The notes under the pieces were generated by a model that saw only the letters and a list, made by a program, of their open reading frames with translations, was not told the DNA's origin and did not search any database. Below are positions 24,101 to 36,094 of a DNA stretch of 64,000 nt, piece by piece. Source of the DNA: Aplysia californica (lineage: Eukaryota); contig NW_004797313.1 of the NCBI RefSeq assembly GCF_000002075.1, forward strand, positions 1,689,455-1,753,454, written 5' to 3'. The position numbers and the translations under genes were made by a program. Within the stretch, counting starts at the first letter, position 1. Each line of letters begins with the position of its first letter.

Positions 24101-27100
24101 GCTTTGCCAAGGAACCAAATGTCATAGAGGAAATGTTCACGCTTTTCAATGCGATGGAGGAATCATGAACACCTTGCTATCCTCTGTTCCATGTCAGCTT
24201 CGCGAACAGGAAAATGATACAGTCGTAGATAAAGATCTACTTTGAGAAAGCAGACCTTTGAGATGTAGGAAAGTCCTAGCTGCAGATATTGTCTACGGAC
24301 AGATGTCTCATCTACTGAATGCTGCACCTTGGTGACATTTAAAGGAGTGAGAACGTTGTGTTTTTTACCTGAAGTGGTCCTTTTGTCTGGGAAGTTTTAG
24401 TTCTGATTCTCAACAGATCCTAACAGATGGACCATTTTCACCCTTGGCATCAAAGGAGGCCTTAAGGACACTTTTACATTATTTCCACACTGTGTGCAAA
24501 ACTTAGGAAATGAGTTGGTGGTGAAGATTTGTTCAATACAAAAAGCTCTCTGCTCTTTACCAGTCTTAACCATGATCTCAACAGGCAAAGGAAACTTGAA
24601 AAAAAATATCTGCAAACTTCTGTTGGCCTGTTAGACAACTGTAGCTTGCAATCCTAATTCGAACTAATACGCCATACTACAAAGATGGGGACATAGCTGA
24701 AAATAGGTTGTCTTTTTACGTGCTATGTAGTAATGAAAATCTGTTCTGTGGGTTTATCTAAAGTGAACATCAAACAAATTGCTTTTGATTAAAAAATGTT
24801 ATGTACCTATTTGAAACACAAAACTTCGGTGTTGATGAAAATATTTACCAAAAAAAGTTGTTCAGATTTTTTTAGATCACCTTTTGGCGAAATGTTTCTT
24901 TTCTTTTCTGCATTTTCTGTCTTTGTTCTTGCATTATTTTTACAACGCTACATATGTCATGACCTTCATCGATCTTGTCAATTTACTCCCCTGAAATTGA
25001 GCACTCAAAATGCGCTTTATGTAGGTTTATATTAATAAGGATTGGCCTACCATTTCAACGGGATAATAGTATTTATGAAGTGGAAAGTGGAAAGTATGAT
25101 TTAGCGTCCATCTGTTATAAGCGGTGGTGAACCAAGCACACTTCTCATCATGCCACCAATGTTCAGGAACATCTCAATGGGGGTTGTCAGCTTGTGGAAA
25201 GAGACCAAAAGGAGATGCAGTAACACTTTCTCCTTGCAGTCAAATATTGAGCATTTATAGTGGTTTTGCTTTTATTCAGTGTTTTAGATGCTTCTTGTAA
25301 AACTTTTTATAGGCTGCGTATAAGAGAGGTTACAAAAATTACCCTTGTCTCCGCAGTTGGTTGATGTTTTTATGAGCTTGTGAGACCTGCTTCTTGAAAG
25401 TAAAATGGTTATATATGTGATTAAAGATAGACCATTTATGGAATAAACAAAAATTTCAATGAAATTGGAAATAAGGGATAGGAACAGTTAAGCTAACCTG
25501 TTCTATGAGAATTCTCATGTGTATGAACATCTGGAAATACACCAACCTTAGCATTCTGATTTTGAAAGTGGTGACTTTCCAAATGACATTGATTTTGTTA
25601 GATAGGGTGGAGAACCACAATTTGTCTTATTGTTTTTGCGTGAATTCACTTTTAGAATTTTTTTTTCTTTTTTTTCCCCTCTGTTGCATACCTTGTGAAG
25701 AGGATGTTAGATTAACTGTGTGATGCATCCTAACACTACTGCTGCTTTATGTTTATGATGGTCGATCCATGCATTAAAGACATCAGCATTACGTTAACGT
25801 TTGCTTCTCTCTTTTCTTGCTTGTTCTTTGTATCATTTGAAAAAAAGCGGTCCTGATCAAGCTTGTATTCAAGGACGATGCCACTTGCGCATATCTGGTT
25901 GAAATCAATGAGCTTACGTGAAGGGAAAAAAGAACATTATTCTGCTTTGGGTTTGTCTTTGTATTGTATAAATCACTTTTTGAACAACTAAAAATAAGCA
26001 GGAAATCCTGATTTAAAAAGAACACTCGTATATGCTATTTTATTGGCAGATTCCACCAGTCAAATTTCGTCTTAATCTTTACCATGCAAATGTTGTTGTC
26101 CATACAGTTGTACAGTCCTCAAGCAGGATGGGTGCTTGACTTTATATCGTCGCTCTACCACCTTTGAATGTGTCATCACACGGCCTGATGTTCCTGGAAA
26201 AATGTACAGGTGTGTGCTTTAATGCAAGGTTAGAGTTACGTATTTGCTTCTTGGATTGATTGCCATGCATCATCCTTCTAACTTTCTTGACAAGGCCAGC
26301 GAAAATGGAATCCCAAGTCCTGTTTTGCTGTTTGTGTTACGATTTGTGTTGTGTTCCCCATCCCCCCTCCTCTTTACTTTCTTTTCATTCATCATCTTTT
26401 GTAAACAAAGATACAGAAAAATAGTTTATACTTTGGATAGTGGCTGTTGCTTTCTGATCCTGCCTTGTCAGGGGTTCATTGTCTTAGATGTCTGCTTGCT
26501 TCTTATGTGTGCAAGTTCATGCACATAATCAGAAGACTGTTGGGTTTTTTTCTTGGTTTACATTTTTCTTAGATTGTTCACCCATACATGGGCAAACACA
26601 CATACATACACACATATAATCACACACATACACATATACACGCACACATGCACACACATACATACACACATTTGCACCCCCTCATCATCATTGCCTTTCT
26701 CACCCTAGATCAGGATATAAGCCACAAACAAACACTTTCCACCTTTCCCTATCCTGGGCTAGTCGCTTGATGTCACTCCATGTCTTCCCTCTTTTCTGTA
26801 CATCCATTTCCTTGACTCTTCTCCAAGTTCCATGTGGTCTTACCCTTGATCTTTTACCCTGTGGGTTCCGATCTAACACTTTCCTTGTTATGCAGCTACT
26901 TGACTTCCTGAAAGTGTGTCCAATCCATCGCCAACGCCTTCTTCCCACTTCATCTCTGACTGGGCTCTGTCTCGTTCTTCTTAATACTTCCTCGTTGGTA
27001 ATCCTGTCTGTCCATTTGATCCTCAGTAACTTCTTCAGACACTTTTCGAGAAAACCTGGATCATCTTTATGCACGTCTGAGACAGGTTATTTGCACCCCA

Positions 27101-30100
27101 TATCTCTCCCTAATCTTTAGATAGGGAATATCTAGCTCATAGTCTTCTATTTAGAATGATGTAAAAATAGTTCAAGACACCTTAATTGTTGAAAACTGGA
27201 GAAGAGTAGACCTTTCCAGAGCTGCTTCAAGTTCTATATTAATCCCGACCTATAATTGAAAAAATCAATATGATAAGAAAAATAAGGGTTCATATAAGCA
27301 CAGCATATTATCATGCTGCCAGAGAGAAGACTTGAAAGTAATAAATGTTGTTAGTTCTAACAAAATGAAAATGTTACCAGAGGAAAAAACAGAAAGAGGT
27401 AATATATATAATATATATGTCTGTGCTTCTTGACTGTGTGAATTTTATGACCATGGATCAATGAAGTTTCTTGATTGGTTAACTTTAAAAATTCATGAAA
27501 ACTTCTTAGAAGAAAAACATATCATTCTGCTCTTGGTTTCAGTCTTTGTATTGTGTAAAGCATTTTTTAAACAATTAAGAAATAAGCTGGAAATATCGAT
27601 TTAAAAAGAATGCTTGTATACTATTTTATAGGGTGAATGAAAGTTGGTAATAAATACTCCTGACTGACACCTTAAAGTGGTCATGAAGCACATACATATA
27701 CATTTACCATGCATGTAAATGATGCCAGAGAGACACTACATTTTATTTGATTAAACTAAAAGACTTTTTCTCATCTCACTGGGCTACAGCTTGTTCCGAC
27801 AGACAAGTGAGGAGGAGGCCCAGGTGCTGTACAAGTTGCTGGTGGCGGTGCTGGTGCCCATGGTGAACAGCGGAGCTCTCCACCTGCAGGAGGAAGTGCT
27901 GCAGAAGATCTGCGACTGCATCAGGGAGCACCCGTCCTGGAACAGCGCTCATGTCTCAGCTAACTTGGGCCACCACGGCTGTCTCCGACATCCAGGAATA
28001 AAAGAGTGAGTTAATTCCTTCCCCCCACATTTTCTCTTTTTCAGTGGAGAAGTTATATCTGATGCTTTTTTTTCTTGTTATTGCTGTTGTTGTTGTTGAC
28101 ATATGCCAATACAAAACAAGCACTACCAATTTTTGTTACCAAATAGTGCCTTCCATGTAGTTGTTCCAGTAGTTTTAGTTCAAAGGAAGCTTCACAAGTT
28201 GGTTTTGTTTTTCCAAGTGGCATCAAGGTTCTTTTCTTTTTAGCTTATTACAGTGTTGTGCAGGCCACCATACAGAAAATGCAAGTTTTCCGTGAGATGT
28301 CTAATCCTGTTATAATAAAATGTTTCCATCCTGACTTTCTTCTTTACCTTTTCAGAAACATCAACACGGTGTGCTCCACCCACTCGATGAGCCCGCTCAT
28401 GACGGCCATTACAGGCAAGCAGGCTCCAGCTGCAGAGGAAGTCCTCAGGCTCGGCGGTCAGCTTGGTCAGGCGGACAAACACGGCGACACTGCCTACCAC
28501 TTTGCCGTGCTCAACTGCCCACCTGTTGTTGCTGTAAGTCTGTCTGGGGAGGGGATGAGGAGGATAGGCTACTGACTGAATTTTGGAAAGAGGGAATAAG
28601 ATGCGACAATCTTTTCATGAGGGTACTAGAGCCACCGCACTGCATCAAGTTTAGTTAACATGAGGTACTGTGAACTTTATTTTTCCTCCTTTCAAAGAAA
28701 CTGACCTAAAATTGCTTTTACCAGCTTCTTTGATGCAAAATATTAATTTACAGTATCATTCCAACCAACACACACACTCACAATTATACACACACACACA
28801 TGCATATTTCATTTTTTAAGCAAACTATATTGTATGTGGTGAATATGTGTTTTCTCTCAGTTTAATTTTGACTTTTATCCTTTTACCGTAAGAACATATC
28901 AGAGTATGGTGTATTATTAGAAGAGTTTGATTTTTTTGTCTTGGAAACAATGATTTTCCTATATTAAGTCTCTTTAAACAGGCAGAAAAAGCCAGTTGAG
29001 CTTCATGTAAGGCCTGAAAACCATAAACCCTCTCAGATGAAGTTGATTTTTTTTGTTATCTATTCTTCCCACAGCTTTTAGTGGACTTTGACAAACAAGG
29101 TGTGATCAACAGTCTGAATGCCAAGGGAGAGTCCGCCTTATACCTTGCATGTGAGCGCAAGTTAACGGAGGCCACAGAGATACTGTTGGGGGCTGGGGCG
29201 GACCCACGCGTGGCGGGCGCCGACTGTCTGCCGATACATGCTGCTATTAGGTCCCGAGATTTGAAGTAGGTACCTCTTATCTTGAAATAGTATTTTATTG
29301 TGCCGATGCTTCTGATTAAATCACAGAAGATCAACTCTGATTTTGAAATGAACCCCATGAGTTTAGACTTTTCAACCAATTTTTGAAAAGCTATTTTTTT
29401 TTACCTTTACTTTTATATATGTTGTAGAGCTATAAAAATTAAAAAGTTTATAGAGTTTATCTCCTTTACAATACATTTTGCTCACTGTTTTGGGAGGGGG
29501 GGAGGGGTGTCAAGAAAAACATTTTGTTGCTAGTGTTGCTGCTCTTTGATTCTGGATTGTATCGTCTACTATTATATATATATATATTAAGTCTCTTATT
29601 ACAATCAACAGTAGAAATAGAAACATGTAACTTTCTTCCTCTGGTAAATCTTCTAGATTCACCTTGATCTAGAAAACAAAATCCAAATCTATTGCAAATC
29701 TCTCCCAGAACGAGTCAGAGCCTAGAAAACAAATTGATTAAAATGGAATACCCGTAAACATGGTTTAGATTAAGATAACATGATTTAAAGTGAAGTTTAA
29801 TGTGAGACTGAGATGTTTTGTTTCTGATCTTGAGGGAGTTTTTTCACGTAATTGATATTTGCTCTTATGTGTTTTTGCCTTCATTTTTATTCTTTTTTAT
29901 ATCTTACAATTGATGAAGAACAGGGGGGAGGGGTGGGGAATGAAGGGAGGAAAAGAAGATTATGAGAATAAAGATGTTCTGCCTCTGTGGAACATCTCTA
30001 TGTTTGACTGATTATTACTTTTTGTATTTCAGATCTTTTGAACTGATTGTTTCCAAACATCCAGAGCAGGCAAACGCCAAAGATTACAAGACTGGAGGCA

Positions 30101-33100
30101 GTCCATTGCACTGGGCCGAGGATGTGGAGGTGATTAGTGCTGATAACAGCTTCAGCATCTTGCCATATTTTTAGCTCCTGCTGTGGGTAGTTTTGGGGCA
30201 CCAGACGTGTCTGCTTTTGCTGCTTCTCTTGAAAGCTGCTTATAACCCTAACCTTGTTCAAGCACAATATGGTCACTAGCGTGTTGACTCATTTGAAGCT
30301 GCTGGTCATCAGTAATGACTTAGCTTTCACAAAACTCCCAAAGTGGACCAATGGTTCAGGTGAAAGATTCCTCCTTCCATCTGTTGTCTTACTTGAACCA
30401 TGAGCTCAGCTGAACTTACTTACTTTTACTTTTTCATCCTCTGTTGCCGTTAAGCGTCGGGGGGAGATGCAGTTTTCTATGGTAGGTCAGCTCCGCAGCT
30501 CTTTCAGTTGGGATGTTATGTTTTCTTAGGAATTCCTTGACACCCTCAATCCACCTTTTGCGTGGCCTTCCTCTTCCTTTATAGCCTGAGTGCTTGGTGT
30601 TGTAGGCTCTTGAGGCTGGCTCAGCTGAACTAACAGAGTAATTTGAGCACAGTTGATTAAGCTTTCTTCTTGAACTTGCAAGTTGTTTAAAAGATGTGAT
30701 ATACTTCTTGTGCTTGTCTTTGCTGGTACTGGTATTAAAAGCCTTATCTGTTCTTTGCAGAATGTTTGGAATATTGCATTGAATGGTTGTTAACTAAAAC
30801 TGGTAAACAGAAGTGGATTCTCTTATATAGCTACATTGACTGGGGATCTGTAGCTTCATATGTTATAGGTTAGTGAAGTTGCTTTTATTTATAAGGTGCT
30901 TTCATAAAGGAATGTCTCCTCCTTTGCTTACAATTATGCTACTGTCCTGATCGTCCTCACTAAATGTAACAGTAAGTCTGATTGTTTACTACCATTCTTC
31001 CCAATACTATCTTCCCTTTACTGTTTTTTCCTGAAACGGGGTTTGTTGGTACGTACTCTTGTATGGTCTTTTTTTTTCCTTTTTTCTTATACCGGTGTAG
31101 TATGTCAGCATTGTGTAGACTTACCACAAACTATGTCTCAATTTGTTTTTGAAACATTGTCATTTTCCTCGCAGACCATCCAGAAATTGGCTCTGCTGGG
31201 TTGCCAGCTTGACATTACAGACAGTAACGGTGACGCGCCACTACATATCATGATGGCCAAAAAGAAGTCGGACTGCCTGCTGGCCCTGCTGTGTCATGGG
31301 GCAAACTGCAACCTGCTGGATGCCAAAGGGGAGAGTGTTCTGCACAAGGCCATCCAGGTTTGTAGCAGCAGACTGTGACAATAGCAGTCCTTGCTGATCT
31401 CTAAACAAATTTGTTTTTGGCTGTATACAGCAGTGATGAATGTTTCTTAAACACTCTCTCTGGCTTTCTCTCTCTTTTTCTCCGTCCCCTACTTTTTTTT
31501 CCTCTCTTTCTCACCCTTTCTTTGCCTCTCCTTTTCCTCTTCTTCCTCCTCCTCCTCCAGCCATACCAATTATTCTTTGCCTCTATGGTGAAGTGAGTAA
31601 GCAGACTCGTTGCTCTCATTTCCCATCAAGGTAACATGTCCTTGTCTCACTGTGCCCCCATGTGTCTACTACTGTATGTTTGTCTTGCTGTGTCTCACTT
31701 TCTCCCAGTCTCTACTAATGTAATATGTTTGTCTTGCTGTGTCTCACTTTCTCCCAGTCTCTACTAATGTAATATGTTTGTCTTGCTGTGTCTCACTTTC
31801 TCCCAGTCTCTACTAATGTAATATGTTTGTCTTGCTGTGTTGCAGGAAGACAACTTGGACCTGGTTCGTCAGTTTGTGGTTTTTGGTGCAGATGTTAACC
31901 AAGCATCAGGATCAGGTGTCAAGCCCAGACATATGGCAGCTGTCAACAGAGGCAGAAACAGGTGAGAGAAATAGAAAGAATGGAAGTGGGAGAAGGAAGG
32001 AAAGAGAGTGACGTGGCCGTGTACTTGCTTTCTCTTTAGTTTTTAGCTCTGAGTTGGTGTTGAAGTTGCATTGAAGAATTTCATATTGAAATTTATTTAT
32101 TGTTCAAAGTGTTGCAGGCTTATTTTGTAGTGGGAAGAAACAGTTTTTACTATGTTAATGTTTCAGAAAAGCCTATATTGTTGGCTCTATACTTTTTTTC
32201 AACAAGTACATTTAGTTATATAAAGTTGCAATGTTTCTTCAGTTTATTTTCTTGTGTCAATAGTAAATATCACTCTTTTGACAAAGAATGTTCTATTTTA
32301 CTGTAGTTTTTAGAAGTTTGAAACCAATAGAAGTTGAAGAATTTCAAAACATTCATAATCACCTGTTTTCTTCTTATTTGTAGCAGTGAATGAGAATGTC
32401 TTTTAATCATTTTATGTTCTTCAAATTGTTAGCAGAATACTTTTTGTTCTTAATGCACATAAATGTTCAATGGAGTGTGTTCTTATTTGCTTGCAAGTTG
32501 AAAGCAATTGTGTTGAGTTTTTACAATGTTCTGTAGTGTTGTTTTTTTTACTTATGTTCAAGCTAAAATAGACTACCCTTGTGTACAAGATTATCTTTAT
32601 TTTCTTAAGTTCTTGATTTTCAGTGTTTGTTGGAAATGTTTTGTTTTGGGAGGGGGTTTTAGGTTTAATTATATTTGTGTAATTTATTTTTCATTTCAGA
32701 GAAGTAGGGTGAGTACTGTGGAAATATTTCCCAAACTAGCCTCATGAGGAAGGGGTTATTTAAGTCACCTTCTGTATTAGTTCATTCTTTTTTTTTCCTG
32801 GACCGGAGGATTTTCTAAATAAATTCTTTGCATAATCTCACTTTAAAATCTCGCTGTCTTTGGAGACTTGTATTGTCTCCTGCTTTAATAGGAAAGATCA
32901 GAGGGCAACGGGTTATTAGTTTAAATGAGTTCAAATTTTTATTTCTAAATACAGTCATGGCTTGCTAATTCGTTTACTTACAAGTGTCTTTTTGGTTTTT
33001 TGCATTACTGATTTGCTTTAGCAGGGCATATATATATCAGTGTCTCACTACTTATTTATACTTTTTTTTTAACTTTTAATGCTTTGACTAATGAAAAGCG

Positions 33101-36015
33101 TGTGTCTTGTCTTGTGATTTACTTATTTCTGTATATAATTTGTTGTTGTGTTTTTGTGAAATAATTCTTTTTGTTGTTAATTCAGATGGCAGGAGGGTCT
33201 CAATGCTTTTTTTTTATTCACTCAATTTGTTTTATCAGTCAGCATGTTTTGTTTTTTTCCAGCATCCAATCACATTCTTTGGTAAACGTGAACTTGAGCC
33301 CTTATTTGAAACCCACTTGACCCACTGTGCGCATGTGGGGTCTCCACTCAGTGTGGGGCCTCAGGTGGGCCGTGATGACGTCATGCATGAAAGATACTTT
33401 TAACCCGTTTCTAGAATGAGGGATCAAAAATCTACTTTTACTATTCTTTGAGTTCATGTACACCTTTTTGTTTCATCATTCTCTCTTGATGTACCATGAA
33501 AAGATAATATGTTCAAATTAGGGGAAGGGGATGTTCGAAAGGGGTTTGAATTAATTAAAGTTATCGTATTGTCTTATTTGCTGAACAGTCCTAGAATCGA
33601 AACTGGCACCTGTCATGGTCGAGAATGGGGGATGGGGGGGGGGGTGGATTAGAGATCAGTACTCATACATAAAACTATCCAGCAGATGGACACCACTAAT
33701 AGAATAGCACCAATGAACTAATGCGTAAATGTTCTTGTTTGCTGATCTACTTCTTTCCTTCCTTCATCTGCTTTCGTTACTTCAACTGCTGGGCCAACTG
33801 CTGGACTTTCAAAATGACCCAGTTGTGTTTAAATCGGACACTAAACTATAAAAAAAAACACAAATGATATCTGTACGTTTCCTATCTATGGCTTTCCTCT
33901 TTTCAAGCACTAAATCATTACAACATGATAGTGGTTTGTTAAAATAAGTCATACCATACACCTCTCTATTCATTATTCGTCTTGCTGACTTGGTATGTCC
34001 ATCACTACTATGCACATATTGTGTTTCAGTGGTTCCCCGCAACTCTAAAGCTTTTTTTTTAGGGGGGGGTTGTTTTTTTCTCAAAAGTGTATGGTATACT
34101 GATGTTTAGGATAATTCTAATTTTGCTTTGTTTTAGTCAAATAGTCTGATAATATCAACTCGACGAATAGCTTTTTGTTTCATTTTCAGCAGCTCGTACT
34201 CGTTCCTACGTCGGGAACAACCTGTGGGGTTAGTAAATTTGCCTTCCAGTTGAGGGTGTCTCCTGCCTATAGCAAAGATGTTGGTTGTTGGCCAAACGCA
34301 TGGTCATCTAGTGCACATTTTTTCCTTTCCTTTTTTCACTTTTTGGTTCTCGTTTTGTTTTTACGCTATGCTGAAATTATTTCATTACTTGCACTTATAC
34401 AGTGGTAAAGGAAAGGAAACATTTAGTTTACAGTTTTTTATTCACATATCTCAATTGAAAAAAAAAATCAGAATGGAAAGTTATTCAAACTGTTATCGGG
34501 TTGGGTTTTTTCCTTCTAATTTTCTAAAATAGATATGTACATTTGACACTCACTTTTCTGAAATTTGAATTACAATTGAAACGTGATTTGTATTTTACCG
34601 TTTACTAACACATTAGGTTTGACAGCTAACAGTCAGTTTTGAAAATTCAATAGTGCATAAATGTGATGCCTGTTAGGGAATGTCATCTCTTGGTGAATTA
34701 ATGAAAATATTTTTGTGAAAGAAGTATTCTGTAGCAGCAAAGCTTGTGAACATTCATCTTCTCTAAAGGTATCACTGCATGTAGCTATCATACCCAAGCC
34801 TCTAACAACTGCCAGATTTTGGAAATAACATAAACAAGAAAGGAAATTTTTCCTTTGCATTTGATGACCTAGTCTTGCAGTTTCAGAATGCCTGAAAATG
34901 CTTTTTCAGCAATTTTCCATAATGCACTGCTTCTGCTAGCTTATAACATTTTTATGTATATTTATTTTATGCTATCTTAAAGCTATTACTACAAAATACA
35001 CTTACCTCTACCTTGTTCGTGAAACTAAGGGGACACTTGCCCTTATTTTTCTTCTATCATTACATCAATATGTTTTGTTTTTCTTTTATGTGAAACTAGT
35101 TTTCTTTTATACTTTTGGTACAAAAATAGTGAATTCATCGGACTTTGCTCTTCATTGCTGTAAATTTGTGAGTTCGGTGTTTTGTACTTCGTGACTATAA
35201 TAAACTTAGAGATTCTGTATTTGCAGATTCATCCTTGTGAACTTTTGTACAAACTGTCACCTAGCCATTTACTCCTGTAAGCTCACAAAAGTATGTCCTG
35301 TGCTTCACTTACATATACCTACCTGAAAAGAGATTAATATATCACATTCTCTGTGTGTTGATGGATTATGAAAATTGTCATCATGTCAAGCCTGGCACTC
35401 AAAGATAGAAACTTTGAGTTTCAAGTAAATATATATTTACCAATGTCTGGAAATCTACAGTAATTTTTTTTTCATGGCTGTGTTTTTTCCTATAAATGTA
35501 ACTTCAGTTGTAATATTTTATAAAGCTCTTCTTTCACTCTTTGATTTTATGCTCTTGGGGGCAAAAAGATTCATGGGCTAGAATGGAATTTGGTCAGCTC
35601 ACCATTATCCCCAATATTTTCACTCATAGTTGTTTAAAAATGTTGTAAATATGTGTTTTCTTATTTAGTCTGAGGTCCTCGATAAATTTATGTGATGTTA
35701 GGGGGGGAAAACACTTATCATCTATGCTATTCACGTCTTCTAGTATCTGTTTACAGACTCTGTTTCTTTTGTCAAAACTGATCCTTCGCTAAAGGAATAG
35801 GTGATAACAGTTTGAAATAGATAAAGGCTATTTGTTTTGTTTGCATTCATAAACATTTAGCATTTTTAAATTCTGACTGCTGGAGGATGAAACAATTTTG
35901 GCAAATGAAATTTTGAAAAGGGGGCTTTTGGTCTTTGTAAAGTAAGGTGTGCAGATCTTTCGGCCTTGCTAGTTTTAAAGTAGTTTAGTGCTTGCTCTAT
36001 TTTATTTTTTAAGAT

Positions 36016-36094
<79 letters not shown>

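Noticed and set aside
23150-24700. Possible additional old LINE/SINE remnants
   Set aside because: Too degenerate to assign a family or boundaries without a repeat library search.
25021-25960. Alternative candidates for PLA2G6 coding exon 2 near 25040 and 25848
   Set aside because: In-frame stops or no usable donor; 26108-26209 fits both phase and homology.
33372-33590. C/D box snoRNA (GTGATGA)
   Set aside because: No D box or terminal stem at a plausible distance.
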